From NCBI GenBank assembly GCA_963736365.1, contig CAVTOM010000008.1:23612-87611 (forward strand): DNA of 64,000 bases. Reading direction: 5' to 3'. Origin of the DNA: an uncultured bacterium (lineage in GTDB: Bacteria > Actinomycetota > Actinomycetes > S36-B12). The notes under the pieces were generated by a model. The model searched no databases. It saw only the letters and a program-made list of their open reading frames with translations, and was not told where the DNA came from. Shown here piece after piece: positions 42,806 to 54,795 of this stretch. Both the position numbers and the translations under genes were made by a program. The number at the start of each line of letters is the position of its first letter. The stretch's first letter is position 1.

Positions 42806-43892
42806 ATGCCGCACACGGTCCAGGGCGTCATCGCCCGCAGCAAGGGCGCACCCGTCGAGATCGCCACCGTGATCGTTCCCGACCCGGGGCCCGGCGACGC
42901 CATCGTGCGCATTCTGGCCTGTGGCGTGTGCCACACCGACCTGCACTACCGCGAGGGCGGCATCAACGACGAGTTCCCCTTCCTGCTCGGGCACGAGGCA
43001 TCGGGCATCGTGGAGGAGGTCGGCGAGGGCGTGACCGACATCGCCCCAGGCGACTTCGTCATCCTCAACTGGCGGGCCGTGTGCGGCACCTGCCGCGCCT
43101 GCCTGCGCGGCGAGCCGCAGTACTGCTTCGCGACGCACAACGCGTCGAAGCGGATGACCCTGGAGGACGGCACGGAGCTGTCGCCCGCTCTCGGCATCGG
43201 CGCCTTCATCGAGAAGACGCTCGTCCACGCCGGCCAGTGCACGAAGGTCGACCCGGACGCGGCCCCGGCGGTCGCCGGCCTGCTCGGCTGCGGCGTGATG
43301 GCCGGCCTCGGCGCGGCCATCAACACCGGCGGCGTGTCCCGCGGCGACTCGGTGGCCGTCATCGGCTGCGGCGGCGTGGGCGCGGCCGCCATCGCCGGCA
43401 GCCGGCTCGCCGGAGCCACGCGCGATCGTCGCCGTCGACGTCGACCCCCGCAAGCTCGCCACTGCGCAGGAGTTCGGCGCGACGCACACGGTCAACGCGC
43501 GCGAGGAGGACGTCGTCGAGGCGATCCGCGCGCACACCGGCGGCTTCGGCGCCGACGTCGTCATCGACGCGGTCGGCACGCCCCAGACCTGGACGCAGGC
43601 GTTCTACGCGCGCGACCTCGCCGGCACCGTCGTGCTCGTCGGCGTGCCCACGCCCGACATGACGGTCGAGCTGCCGCTGCTCGATGTCTTCGGCCGGGGC
43701 GGGTCGCTCAAGTCGAGCTGGTACGGCGACTGCCTGCCCAGCCGCGACTTCCCGATGCTCATCGACCTGTACCTGCAGGGCCGGCTCCCGCTCGAGCGCT
43801 TCGTCTCGGAGGAGATCAGCCTCGACGCCGTCGAGGATGCCTTCACCAAGATGCACCACGGCGACGTGCTGCGCTCCGTCGTGGTGATGTGA
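42806..43892 (+). CDS. mscR: S-(hydroxymethyl)mycothiol dehydrogenase / S-nitrosomycothiol reductase; frameshift near 43420
   Basis: [59 protein letters not shown]. Confidence 0.93.
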
Positions 43893-44519
43893 TGGCCCTG
43901 CGCATCGACCACGCCGTCACGTCCGGCACCTTCTCGCTCGACGGCGAGACCTTCGACGTCGACAACAACGTCTGGGTCGCTCGGCGACGACGACGAGTGC
44001 ATCGTCATCGACGCACCGCACGACGTCGGGGCCATCCTCGACGTCGTCGGCGGCCGCCGGGTCGTCGCGATCGTGTGCACGCACGCGCATGACGACCACG
44101 TGCGGGTCGCGCCCGCGCTCGCGGCGGCGACCGGGTGCGCCGATCCTGCTGCACCCCGCCGACGCGCCGGTGTGGGCGCTGACGCATCCGGGACATCGAG
44201 CCCGACGCCCCGCTGGCCGACGGGCAGGTGCTGACGGTCGGCGGCGCCGAGGTCCGCGTGATCCACACGCCCGGTCACGCGCCGGGAGCCTGCTGCTTCT
44301 ACGTTCCCGCCCTGGGCGTGGTGTTCAGCGGCGACACGCTCTTCGCCGGCGGCCCGGGCGCGACCGGCCGCTCCTTCAGCGACTTCCCCACCCTGGCCCA
44401 GTCGATCCGCGACCGGGCTGCTGACGCTGCCGCCCGAGACCGTCGTGCACACCGGCCACGGCGAGTCCACCACGGTCGGCGACGCCCTGTCGCACATCGA
44501 CGAGTGGGACCCGCGCTGA
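43892..44519 (+). CDS. MBL-fold hydrolase (Fmh-like partner of MscR); about four frameshifts
   Basis: [56 protein letters not shown]. Confidence 0.85.
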
Positions 44520-46610
44520 CGACGGCGCTCACGCTCGCCTCGCCGGCACAGCTCGAGGCCGCGGCGGCCGTGGTCCTGGCCGGTATCGCGGCGCCGGGCG
44601 CGCGTCCCCGCGACGACCAGCTGCTGGCCGCCTCGGCCCTGGCGGTCGACGGGCGGCGCGCCCTCGTCGTGCAGGCCACCGGCTGGGGCAAGTCGGCGGT
44701 GTACTGGATGGCCGCCCGGGCGCTGCGCGACGCCGGGTCCGGCCCCACGCTCGTGGTCTCGCCGCTGCTGGCCCTCATGCGCAACCAGGTGGACGCGGCC
44801 GAGCGGTCCGGGCTCAGGGCGGCCACCCTCAACTCGTCGAACTTCGCCGACTGGGGCGCCATCCAGGCCGACCTCGCCGCGGACCGCCTCGACGTGCTGC
44901 TCACCAGCCCCGAGCGCCTCGCCAACCCCCGGTTCGCGGCCGAGGTCCTGCCGTGGCTGCTCCCGCGCCTGGGCATGCTCGTCATCGACGAGGCGCACTG
45001 CATCTCGAGCTGGGGTCACGACTTCCGACCCGACTACCGACGCATCGCCGCCCTCCTGACCGGCCGCCCGGACCTGCCGGTGCTGGCGACGACGGCCACC
45101 GCCAACGACCGGGTCACCGCCGATGTGGCCGACCAGCTCGGACCCGACCCCCTCGTCCTGCGGGGCACGCTGGCCCGCACCTCCCTGCACCTGTCGGTGG
45201 TGCCCCGGCTCGGACTCGTCGAGGCCTATGCGTGGGTCGACGAGCACCTGCCCGTCCTCCCCGGCTCGGGCATCGTCTACGCCGCCACCGTGCGGCAGGC
45301 CACCGACCTGGGCGCGTACCTCATCAGCCGGGGCCACGACGTCCGCGCCTACCACGGACAGCTCGAGACCCCGGCCCGCCAGGCGATCGAGGAGGAGCTG
45401 CGCGACAACCGCATCAAGGCAGTGGTCGCCACCTCCGCCCTGGGCATGGGGTACGACAAGCCCGATCTCGGCTTCGTCGTCCACGTCGGCTCGCCCGGCT
45501 CGCCGGTCGACTACTACCAGCAGGTCGGCCGCGCCGGCCGCGCGCTGGACACCGCGCAGGTCGTTCTCATCCCTACCCCCGCGGATGAGGGCATCTGGCA
45601 CTACTTCGCCCACGCGTCGATCCCCCGGGTCGACGACGCCGAGGCCGTGCTGACCGCCCTCGCGCGGTCCGGTGATGCCATGACGGTGCCGCGGCTCGCG
45701 GCCACGACGGGAGTGCGCGACAACCGGCTCGAGCTGCTCGTCAAGGTGCTCGCAGTCGAGGGTGCCGTACGGCGGACGGAGGCGGGGTGGGAGTCGACCG
45801 GCGAGCCGTGGACCTACGACGACGCGCGCTATGCCGCACTGCTCGCCGCCCGCGAGCACGAGTCCGACCTCATGCGCGCCTATGCGCGCTCCAGCCGCTG
45901 CCTCGACGGCGTGCTGCGCGAGGCCCTCGACGACCCGGCGTCTGAGCCCTGCGGCCGTTGCTCGGCCTGCACCGGAACGCTGCCCGTCGGACTGGGCGCG
46001 CAGCCTGGGGCGGAGCACGTGGCTGCGGCGCTCGCGTTCATGCGCGGGGTCGACGTGGTGATCAAGCCACGCCTGCAGTGGGCGCCGGGGCTGCCCTGGA
46101 CGGGGCGGATCGCCCCCGGCGCGGCCGTCGAACCCGGCCGAGCCGTCGCGTTCGCCGACGACCCGGCGTGGCCGGAGGCCGCCGACCTCGTGCGGGCGAC
46201 CGGACGGGCCGATCCCGCCCTGGGCCGTCGAGGCATGCGTGGCCGTGCTCGCGTCGTGGCGCGACGCTTGGCGCGAGCGGCCGACGGTCGTGATCCCCGT
46301 CCCCAGCACCCGGCATCCGGCGCTCGTGCGCTCACTGGCCGACGCGCTCGGCGCTGTGGGCCGGATTCCCGTCCTCGATGCGCTGGCGATCAGCGGGGCG
46401 CCGAGCACGACCGACCTGGCCGCAAAGGCCCGCGCCGGCTTCCAGGCGACTCGGCTGTCGCTGCTTCCGGGCGTCGACGTGGCCGGGCAGGTCGTGCTCC
46501 TCGTCGACGATCGCTGGCAGTCGGGCTGGACGGCGACCATCGCCGGGGCGCTGCTGCGCGAGGCCGGGGCCGAGGCCGTCCTGCCTCTCGTGCTGCACCA
46601 GCAGCCCTAG
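44504..46610 (+). CDS. recQ: RecQ-family helicase with C-terminal PRTase-like domain; frameshift near 46210
   Basis: ATGWGKS, SPLLALM, DEAHCIS.WGHDFRPDY, TATA, ALGMGYDKPD, QQVGRAGR, CGRCSAC, LLVDD. Confidence 0.9.
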
Positions 46611-46620
46611 CCGGCGAGCG

Positions 46621-47390
46621 TCACCGTGCCGGTGGATGGCGCGCGGCCCACTCCGTGATCGCCTCGACGACAGCGCCAGGCCGGGTCACCGTCGGGACGT
46701 GCCCAGCGCCGCTGATCACGACCAGCTCCGCATCGGGGATGGCGGCTGCCGTGGCACGGCCGACCGCCAGCGGGACGATCGCATCGCGATCGCCATGGAT
46801 GACGAGGGTGGGCACACTGACGTGGGTCAGGTCCGGGGCTAGACGGGGCGCATCGTGGCTCTCGAGCATGCGGGCCGCGGCCTCCGAGTCGGCACGCATG
46901 AGGATCTGGCGACCCCAGCGCCTGAGGTGCTCGCTGTCCGGCTCCGGCACGCAGGCATCCACGAAGGCCGTGACGTAGGCGGCATAGTCGGCTCGCACCG
47001 ACGCATGGTCGACCCGGGTCCCACTCGTCTCGACGACACCATCGACGATCACCAGTCCGTCGAAACGGTCGGGTTGAAGGAGTGCGGCGGCGATCACGGT
47101 GAGGGCACCCAGGGACTCCCCTGCCAGCACGCAGGTTTCGACGGCGAAGTGATCCAGCACCGCGAACAGGTCGTTGACGAGCCCCTCGGGGCTGACCGCC
47201 TCGGGCGGCGCAGTACTCGCACCCGACCCTCGGTGGTCAAAGGCGATGCAGCGCCAGTCGGGCTGCATGAGTTCCAGTGGCTGCTGCCACAGCTCCCAGC
47301 TGCCCACCCACCCGCCGTGGGCTACGAACGTTCGCTCCCCGGGCCGAGCGAGACCGCATTGAGGAGGTGACCGCCGGCGGGGATGAACAT
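46621..47390 (-). CDS. Alpha/beta hydrolase; frameshift near 47340
   Basis: HGG, DHRGSG.S, GESLG, HGDRD, GAGH; TATGCT 7 nt before ATG. Confidence 0.85.
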
Positions 47391-47429
47391 GTCCCGGAGC
47401 ATAGGTGTGCATGATGCACGGCGCCTCGA

Positions 47430-47451
47430 TGTCAGACCCCCGACGTAGCGT
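47430..47451 (+). promoter_or_regulatory. PafBC/RecA-NDp-like promoter (TGTCAG-N10-TAGCGT)
   Basis: Matches TGTCRG-N10-TA-N3-T; 6 nt before ATG 47458. Confidence 0.72.
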
Positions 47452-47457
47452 GCGGTC

Positions 47458-48796
47458 ATGGACGAGGACCTGCATCGCATCGCGTGCCTCACGCGCGAGT
47501 CGATCGGCCGCCTCGATCCCGACACCGCGATCACCATGCTGCAGGCCAGCGAGCGACTCGTCGCGCGGCTGCACGCGATCCAGGCCGACCTGCTCGTGGC
47601 CGCGGCGTCCGGCCATCCGCTGACGGAGGAGATCCTCGCGCTGGACCCACGCCCGGATCGTCACGAGGAGCGACGCATCCGCATCACCGACGCCGTCCGC
47701 GAGGAGGTGGCCGCGGCGCTGCGGTGGTCGCCCGCGACCGCGCAGTCGCGCATCGACGAGGCACGCCTGCTGAGCACTCCGCTGTCTGGCACGCGCTCGG
47801 CGCTGCACGACGGCCAGATCTCGCCCCGGCACGCGCGCCAGATCGTCGAGGCTGCCGGTCGGCTCGCCGGGCGCTGGTCGACCCATCCCGACGAGCAGAA
47901 TGGCTTCCTCGCAGCGTGCGCGTCGCTCGAGCAACGAGTCCTCCCCACCGCCCGTCGCAGTACTGCAGCTGGCACCCGCGCGTGCGCGAGGCGAGCCGTG
48001 ATCAGCCTCGACGCGGCCGGGCGTGGCCCGGCGGCGCCGCGAGGCGCGCTGCACGCGCGAGGTCTACCTCGCTGACGAGGTCGACGATGTCGCGACGATC
48101 GTGGCGCGGCTGGGCTCGGAGCAGGCCCACGCGCTCCTGGCAGCCGTCCGGGCGTGCGCAGCTGCGGCGAGCCAGGATGACCCGGCGCTCACGGCCGGGG
48201 AACGACGCGCCGAGGCATTGGTGGCCCTGGTGCTGGGCAGCGATCCGGCGGGCGCGGGTGCCGCGGGCGGGGTCCGAGTCACCGCGCGGCTCGACGTCGT
48301 GGTGCCGCTCGAGGCGCTGGCGACCCAGGCGTCGTCCGCCACCGATGCAGCCAGCGCCGATGCCCCCAGCGCGGTGCAGGTCGCCGTCTTCCCGTGGTCG
48401 ATGCCCGTCTCGCGCGCAGCCGTGCTCGATCTGCTCTCCGACGAGCGCATCGACGTGACAGCCCGGCGCCTGGTGGTCGACCCGACGGGGAAGCTGCTGG
48501 ACGTCGGTCGCGCCTATCGCGTGCCCGATCGCCTGCGCCAGCACATCATCGCCCGCGACCGGACCTGCCGGTTCCCGGGTTGCCGGCGAGCGGCCGCGCA
48601 GTCGCAGATCGACCATGCCGTGGCCTGGGACGACGGAGGAGGCACCAGCCTGTCGAACTTGGGTGCGCTGTGCACCAGACACCACCAGCTCAAGACGCAT
48701 GCCGGCTGGCAGATCACCGCCTCCGACTGGTCCGGATCGTGCACCTGGCTGTCCCCCATGGGGCGCACCTACCAGCACGACCCACCCGGGTTCTAG
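47458..48796 (+). CDS. DUF222 + HNH endonuclease (13E12-like), second copy; frameshift near 48020
   Basis: ARDRTCRFPGC, QIDHAVAW.DGG.T..SNLGALCTRHHQLKTH, W.SP.G. Confidence 0.9.
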
Positions 48797-49556
48797 CCTC
48801 CGATCGTCACGTGCCGTGCGCCGGCCACCTGCACACCCGCCGTGCGCTGAACCGACAGCTGCACGTCCGATCCGGCCACGCAGGACAGCACGTGGCCTCC
48901 CGCCGAACGATCGGCGGTGACACCGTGCAGATGCAGTCCCGGAGCCCCGGTGCCGGCGAGGTCGGGGCCGGTGCGGAAGCCGACCAGCACCGCACGGCGC
49001 TCACCGAGGGCGAACACGGTCTGGCCCGCAACCGCCTGCGCGAGAGTGGGGTACGGCTGGGTCTGGGCCGCCACGCTGCGCGTCACGAGGCTGGTGAACG
49101 TGCCCCGCACGCGCACGGCCACCATCCCGGAGCTGGTGGCGGCGAGAGCGTCCACGGCGGCACCGAGGTCCGCGCACGTGGTCCCCGGCGGCACCGGTCC
49201 CGACGCCGTGGGGGCGAACCGGATCGCCTCGAGGAACGGTGTGGTGCGGCTCGGATCGACGGGCTGCGGCACTCCGTCGGTGCCGACCCGATACGGCACC
49301 CCTCCGACCAGCACGAGCTCCCCGTCGAGGTGGTCCAGCGTGCCGAGTCCCAGGGTGCGGCCGTTGACGATGCTGCCCACGGTCGCGACGCCGTCGTAGT
49401 CCGGGGCGATGAGGTAGTCATACGTGCCGGCCTGCGCGACCCAGGCGAGGTCGCGTCCGTCGCTCGGCGGCGGCCGCAGGCGATGGTGACGGTTGCTGCG
49501 GCGACCGTCAGCAACGCCAGCGCAGCGGCCAGCATCGGTCGCGCCCGTCCTCGCAT
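48793..49556 (-). CDS. Acetolactate decarboxylase family protein with signal peptide; frameshift near 49480
   Basis: YDG, LGLGT...LDGE, TPF, TRSV..Q..PY, GLHLH, GGHV (Zn ligands); N-terminus MRGRARPMLAAALALL. Confidence 0.8.
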
Positions 49557-49567
49557 GGTGCCCTCCG

Positions 49568-51115
49568 TCAGTCGCGGTTGAGTCGGTGGTGGGTGGGGCG
49601 CAGCGCCTTGTACAGGCGGCGGAACTCCGCATTGAGCTCGGCGTACACCGCCGCGTCCGGCCCGTCGGGCTCGAACGTGTCGGTGACCACCGCCCGCGCG
49701 CCGGCCTCCTGCAGGGTCAGCTCGCCGAGGCAGACGCGCGCCCACAGGGCGACCCCCTTGAGCTGGGCGTCCCGGGGGTCTGCGGGGCGCTCCACCGGAC
49801 GACCGAGGGTGTACGCGTGCAGCTGGCACCACAGGTCGGACTGCGCTCCCCCGCCGATGATGCGCACGCGTGGCACCGGCCGCTTGAGGAAGCGCTCGTA
49901 GGCGTCGAAGAGCGTCCGGGCGTTGAGGGCGACGCCCTCCATGACGGCCCGGATCATCGACGCCTGGTCGGTGCGCAGCGACACGTTGACGAAGGTCGCG
50001 CGGATCCGCTTGTCCTCCACCGGGCTGCGCTCCCCGTTGAGCCACGGCGTGAAGATCATGCCCTCGCAGCCGGCGGGGGCGCTCTCGGCCCGCGCGACGA
50101 GGTCGTCGTACGACAGGTCCGGGAGGATCTGCTCCTTCACCCACCGCAGGGCAGCGCCTCCGGTCTCCTGGTTGTTGGCCACGATCGGATGCGCCGGATC
50201 GAGGCCCTGCACGGTCGCGATCGAGTGGAGCACGTCGGTGCGCTTGAACGGCACGCGGGCGCCGATCCACGCGGTCGTGGAGATGCTCACGTGGGTCGCG
50301 AAGGGCTCGACGGCCCCACTGCCGATGACGGCGGCATGGAGGTCCGGGATCCCGGTGACCACCGGCGCACCCGGCAGGCACGCCGAGCTGGTCGGCCACG
50401 CCGGCCAGCAGGGGTCCGAGGACCGACCCGGTCGGGATCAGCGGCGGCAGCGCGGTCGGCATCGCGCTGGGCGCGCCGGATCAGCCCGGGGTCGTACGCC
50501 GGCTCGCGGCCCATCCGGTTGTCGGTCATCCACGCCAGGACCATGGAGGCCGGAGTCGCGGCGGCCCGACCGGTGAAGCGCATCCCCAGGTAGTCGACGG
50601 GCTCGAGGAGGGTCACCGTGCGCGCGTAGACGTCGGTGAGCTCACGCTGCAGCAGCAGGGAGTGGCCGGTCGGGTCGGCCCCGCTCGGCGAGGGCGCGCC
50701 CCCGGTGCGGCGGACCCACGGCAGGACCTTGAACGGCGAGAAGCCCTGGATGCTGATCGGGCCGCCGATGACATCGGGCACGTGCTTGGCGGCCCGCGTG
50801 TCCGCCCACAGCAGCACCTCCCCGACGGGCTGCCCGGCCGCGTCCACCGGGACCGTGGAGCCCCACTGCCCGGTGATGGCGACGGCGTGCAGGGCCGACG
50901 GGTCGACGCCGCTCGCCGTCGATCGCCTCGCGTGCGGCATCCAGCAGCTGGACCCACCACTCGTCGGCGTCCTGGGTCGCGGCGCCGTCGAGGCCGATGT
51001 GCACGCTCACGGGTCGCACGCAGACAGCCCGCAGCGTGTCCTCCATGTCGACGACGGCGACCTTGGGGCCGCCGTTGCCGAGATCGACTGCGAGGATCCA
51101 GCGCTCCGCGCTCAT
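49568..51115 (-). CDS. FGGY-family carbohydrate kinase; about three frameshifts
   Basis: AVDLG.GGPK, ITGQW, LWADTRA, PWLNGERSP, RAVMEGVA, GGGAQSDLW. Confidence 0.88.
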
Positions 51116-51119
51116 CCGC

Positions 51120-52529
51120 TCAGGGCGCCGTCTCGTGCATGGCGTCGAGGTAGCCGCCCATGAGCCCCTCCACCGCGGCGTTGCCCTCGGCGGTGCCGGA
51201 GAAGCCGTACATCGCCCCGCTCTCGGCCGGCTGGCCCGCATGCGCCTTCGCATAGGCCACCGCGGCCGCGAGATCGGCCAGGAAGGAGTCGACCACCTCC
51301 GGGGCGGTGTTGGGCCGCGTCACGCAGAAGTGCAGGGCGGCCGGCATCTGCAGGGCGTTCATGCGCCAGCCTCGGCGCTTGAGCTCGTCGTTGACGAGGT
51401 AGATGTCGACGTCGTCCGATCGGATGGCCACGAGGAACGTCGGCTCCCCGATGACCTCGAGCTCCGGGATGCCCGTGCGGATGCCCGACACCATGCGCTG
51501 CGCGGCATCGTGGATCTCCCGAGCCGCCGTCGAGGTAGCCCTCACGGCCGGTCAGGACCAGCGAGGCCCACGTCGACGCGATGAGCCCGCCGCTGCGTGA
51601 CCCTGCGCAGCCCCGGCGAGAGGTACAGGCCGCCCGGCCAGTCGGGATAGGTGAACCACTGGTACGCCCGCAGCGCCTTCGTCCGGTAGATGAGCGTCGA
51701 CGTGCCCTTGAGCGCGTATCCGTACTTGTGGGTGTCGGCGCTGATGCTCGTGACCCCGGGGACGCGGAAGTCCCACAGCGGCACGTCGACGCCGTTCGCC
51801 TCGATCCACGGCAGCAGGAAGCCGCCGAGGCAGCCGTCGACGTGCAGGCCGATTCCGCGCTCGAGCGCCAGCCGGCCGAGCGCCGGGATCGGATCGATCA
51901 GGCCGTGCGCGTAGTTGGCCGCCGACCCGACGATGGCGATGGTGTTCTCGTCGATCAGGTCGGCCATCGCCTCGACGTCGACGACGTACGCGTCGGTCAG
52001 CGGCGCATGGCGCATCTCGATGCCCAGCCAGTGCGCGCCCTTGTCCAGCGCGACGTGGGCGGTCGTCGGGATGACGACGTTCGGCCGGGTGACGCCGCGC
52101 TCCCGGGCCGCCTGCTCGCGGTACGTGTACAGCGCCGTGATGAGGCTCTCGCTGCCCCCGCTGGTGACGACGCCGCACACGTCGCCGCCGGCAGCCTCCG
52201 CCGTGCAGCATGTCGGCGACCATCGCGATGATCTCCGCCTCGAACTTCGTGGCCGACGGGTACATGTCGCGCTGCAGGACGTTGACGTGCGCGAACTCCT
52301 CGAAGACCTCGCTCAGCACGTGGTAGTGGTCGTGGTCACCGCAGTAGAGCGAGCCCGAGACCCGGCCCTCGTCGCCGACGGCGTCCTCGCGGCGGGCGAA
52401 GGACCTCACCTCCGCCAGCACGTCGTCGGCCGACCGGCCGTGCTCGGGGATCGCGCGGAAGGTCTGGGTCTCCTCGCGGTAGGGATACAGCTCGTCGAGG
52501 AAGCGCGCGATGGCGTCCTGGTCCGACAT
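51120..52529 (-). CDS. PLP-dependent sphingosine-1-phosphate-lyase-like protein; about four frameshifts
   Basis: GRVSGSLY, TSGGSES, AHVALDKG, HVDGCLGGF, SISADTHKYG, WPGGLY.SP. Confidence 0.85.
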
Positions 52530-52618
52530 GACCACTCCTGCCTCTCCCGACACAGTGCCGGGCAGATGCCGCCTACCTTGGCACAGCGCGGCTCCCCGGC
52601 TCATGCCACCATGGGGTC

Positions 52619-53248
52619 ATGCCTGCCGACCGCGCCCCGTCCGTCCTCATCACCGGCATCCACAGCGACCACGGCTTCGCCGTCTCGCACCGCTTCCGCC
52701 GGGAGGGCTGGTTCGTGATCGGCTGCGACCAGGGCACGACCACGGGTCGCAACGCCCGCGTCCACATCACCGCCGACCTCACCAGCGAGGCTGAGTGCCG
52801 CCGTGCCGCTGCGCGCGCCGCGGCGCTGGGCAACGGGATCGACTGCATCGTCAACTGCGCCGACGTCCGCGTGGACGGACCCGTCGACGCGTTCGGGTCG
52901 CAGGCCTGGGACGTGATGATGGATGTCAACGCCAAGAGCGTCTTCCTCCTCGCCACCGCCGCCATGCCGTACCTGTCCGAGCTGCACGGCGCCATCGTGG
53001 CCATCGTCCCCGGACCCGAGGCGGCCGGAGCACCAGAGCACGCGATCTACGACGCCAGCCGAGCCGCCGTGATCGCCCTGATGTCCTCGATGACCACCGA
53101 GCTCGCCGCCCGCGACATCCACGTCCACCTCGTCATGTCGGACGAGGACGGCAGCCACCTGGCCGCGGACGAGGTGGCCGATCGGGTCTGGTCGGTCGCC
53201 GGCGTGGACGAGGAGGGGCACCTGCGCTCCTTCGCGCACGCCCACTAG
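52619..53248 (+). CDS. Atypical short-chain dehydrogenase-like protein
   Basis: VLITG, ADLT, IDCIVNCA, VNAKS; degenerate Gly motif and YDASR. Confidence 0.7.
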   Translation: MPADRAPSVLITGIHSDHGFAVSHRFRREGWFVIGCDQGTTTGRNARVHITADLTSEAECRRAAARAAALGNGIDCIVNCADVRVDGPVDAFGSQAWDVMMDVNAKSVFLLATAAMPYLSELHGAIVAIVPGPEAAGAPEHAIYDASRAAVIALMSSMTTELAARDIHVHLVMSDEDGSHLAADEVADRVWSVAGVDEEGHLRSFAHAH

Positions 53249-53269
53249 CCGCGCGACCCGTCGGCCGAC

Positions 53270-54724
53270 CTAGGCGCTCGACCGGCACATCTCGTCGATC
53301 TCGTCACGCACCAGCCGCACGAGCGTCTGCGGGTCGGGCACGAGGCCCGCGTCGCTGGCGAAGCCCACGGTCACGGTGCCGTTGTAGGTGAAGATCGTCG
53401 CCGTGAGCGGCTGGTCGCCGCTGCACGGCGCGAACCCGATCACCTGCCGCACGGGGACATCGGCGAAGGCCAGTTCCACCGTCGGCCCCGGCACGTTGGT
53501 GAGGACGCCGACCGCCTTGTTCGCGAAGAAGTCGGTGGCCGCCGTGGCCAGCAGGTGCGGGGACATCGAGATCGCCCGCTGCAGCCCGTAGGTGAGCACC
53601 GGCTCGTCGGAGTTCTTGATGCGCTGCATCCGTCCGCGCAGGTCGTCGATGCGCTCGTCGGAGGTCTCGCCGCTCAGGGGCATGTCCAGCAGGACGAGGG
53701 CGAAGTGGTTGCCCAGGTCCTCCGGGAGGTCCTCGTCGAACGGCTTGAGGTTGACCGGCACCATCCAGACGACCTCCGCGACCGAGTCGCCGCGCCCTTC
53801 GAGGTAGGACCGCAGGGCGCCGGCGAGGGCCGCCACGAGCACGTCGTTGACGGTGGCCCCGTGCGCCCGGGCGACCTGCTTGACCCACCCCAGGGGCAGC
53901 GGATCGGACCACGCGACCGCCTTCTCGCGCCCCGGGCGGCCGGTCCACACCGTGCGCTCGGTGCCGCCGAGGGCCAGCTTGCCGACGGACGTCGCGTCGT
54001 TGACGGCGCGGTGGTCGTCGGCGCCGAGCCCCTGGAATGCGTCGACCACGCGGTCGGGGTGCCGCACCGCCTCCCAGCCCGCGACGACGGTGGCGCGCGG
54101 ATGCGTGACCGCCCGCCCCACGGCGCCGACGATGCCCCGGGCGGCGTTCACCGACACCCGGGTCGCCTCGGCGACACCATCGCGAACGGCCTGCGGGCCG
54201 GGAAGCCCGGTGCCGGGCGGAGCGCTGCGGGCCACGGCCGGCACCTGCCCGGCTGAGGTCGGGTCGAGCATTCCCAGCATCACCTGGGTGAGGCGCACTC
54301 CGTCGGCGATGGCGTGATGGAAGCGGGTGACCATGACCGAGCCGACGGTGCCGTCGGCGAGGGCGACCGGTCCGATCAGGGTCGACGTCCACAGCGGGCG
54401 CTCGCGGTCCAGCGGCGTCGACCGGAGGCGCGCCACCTGCCGCTGCACCGCGGCCATGTCCGGGCAGCCGTCCAGGCGCACCTCGAGGACATGGCGATGC
54501 AGGTCGAAGTCCGCGTCGTCGACCCAGGCCCAGGTGGCTCCGTGACGCTGCGCGCGACGCCCGAACACCGGGTGCCGCTCGACCAGAGCGCGGAAGCCGT
54601 CCAGCACGGACTCCATCGACGGCGTGCCCGCCAGCACGATGGCGACGTCGATGATCATGAGGTTGTTGGGACGGTCCATCGTCAGCCACAGGGCGTCCTG
54701 CGCGCTCATCGACTTCGGCTCCAC
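53270..54724 (-). CDS. Wax ester synthase / diacylglycerol acyltransferase
   Basis: FDLHRH, PLDRERPLW, HHAIADG, TVNDVL, LGNHF, TNVPGP. Confidence 0.92.
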   Translation of the reverse strand: MEPKSMSAQDALWLTMDRPNNLMIIDVAIVLAGTPSMESVLDGFRALVERHPVFGRRAQRHGATWAWVDDADFDLHRHVLEVRLDGCPDMAAVQRQVARLRSTPLDRERPLWTSTLIGPVALADGTVGSVMVTRFHHAIADGVRLTQVMLGMLDPTSAGQVPAVARSAPPGTGLPGPQAVRDGVAEATRVSVNAARGIVGAVGRAVTHPRATVVAGWEAVRHPDRVVDAFQGLGADDHRAVNDATSVGKLALGGTERTVWTGRPGREKAVAWSDPLPLGWVKQVARAHGATVNDVLVAALAGALRSYLEGRGDSVAEVVWMVPVNLKPFDEDLPEDLGNHFALVLLDMPLSGETSDERIDDLRGRMQRIKNSDEPVLTYGLQRAISMSPHLLATAATDFFANKAVGVLTNVPGPTVELAFADVPVRQVIGFAPCSGDQPLTATIFTYNGTVTVGFASDAGLVPDPQTLVRLVRDEIDEMCRSSA

Positions 54725-54795
54725 CCCACCAGCCTAGGTCGCGACGCGAGCCGTTGACCTGCGTTGAACCGGTCCGGGCCGTTAGGTTGGCCGCC

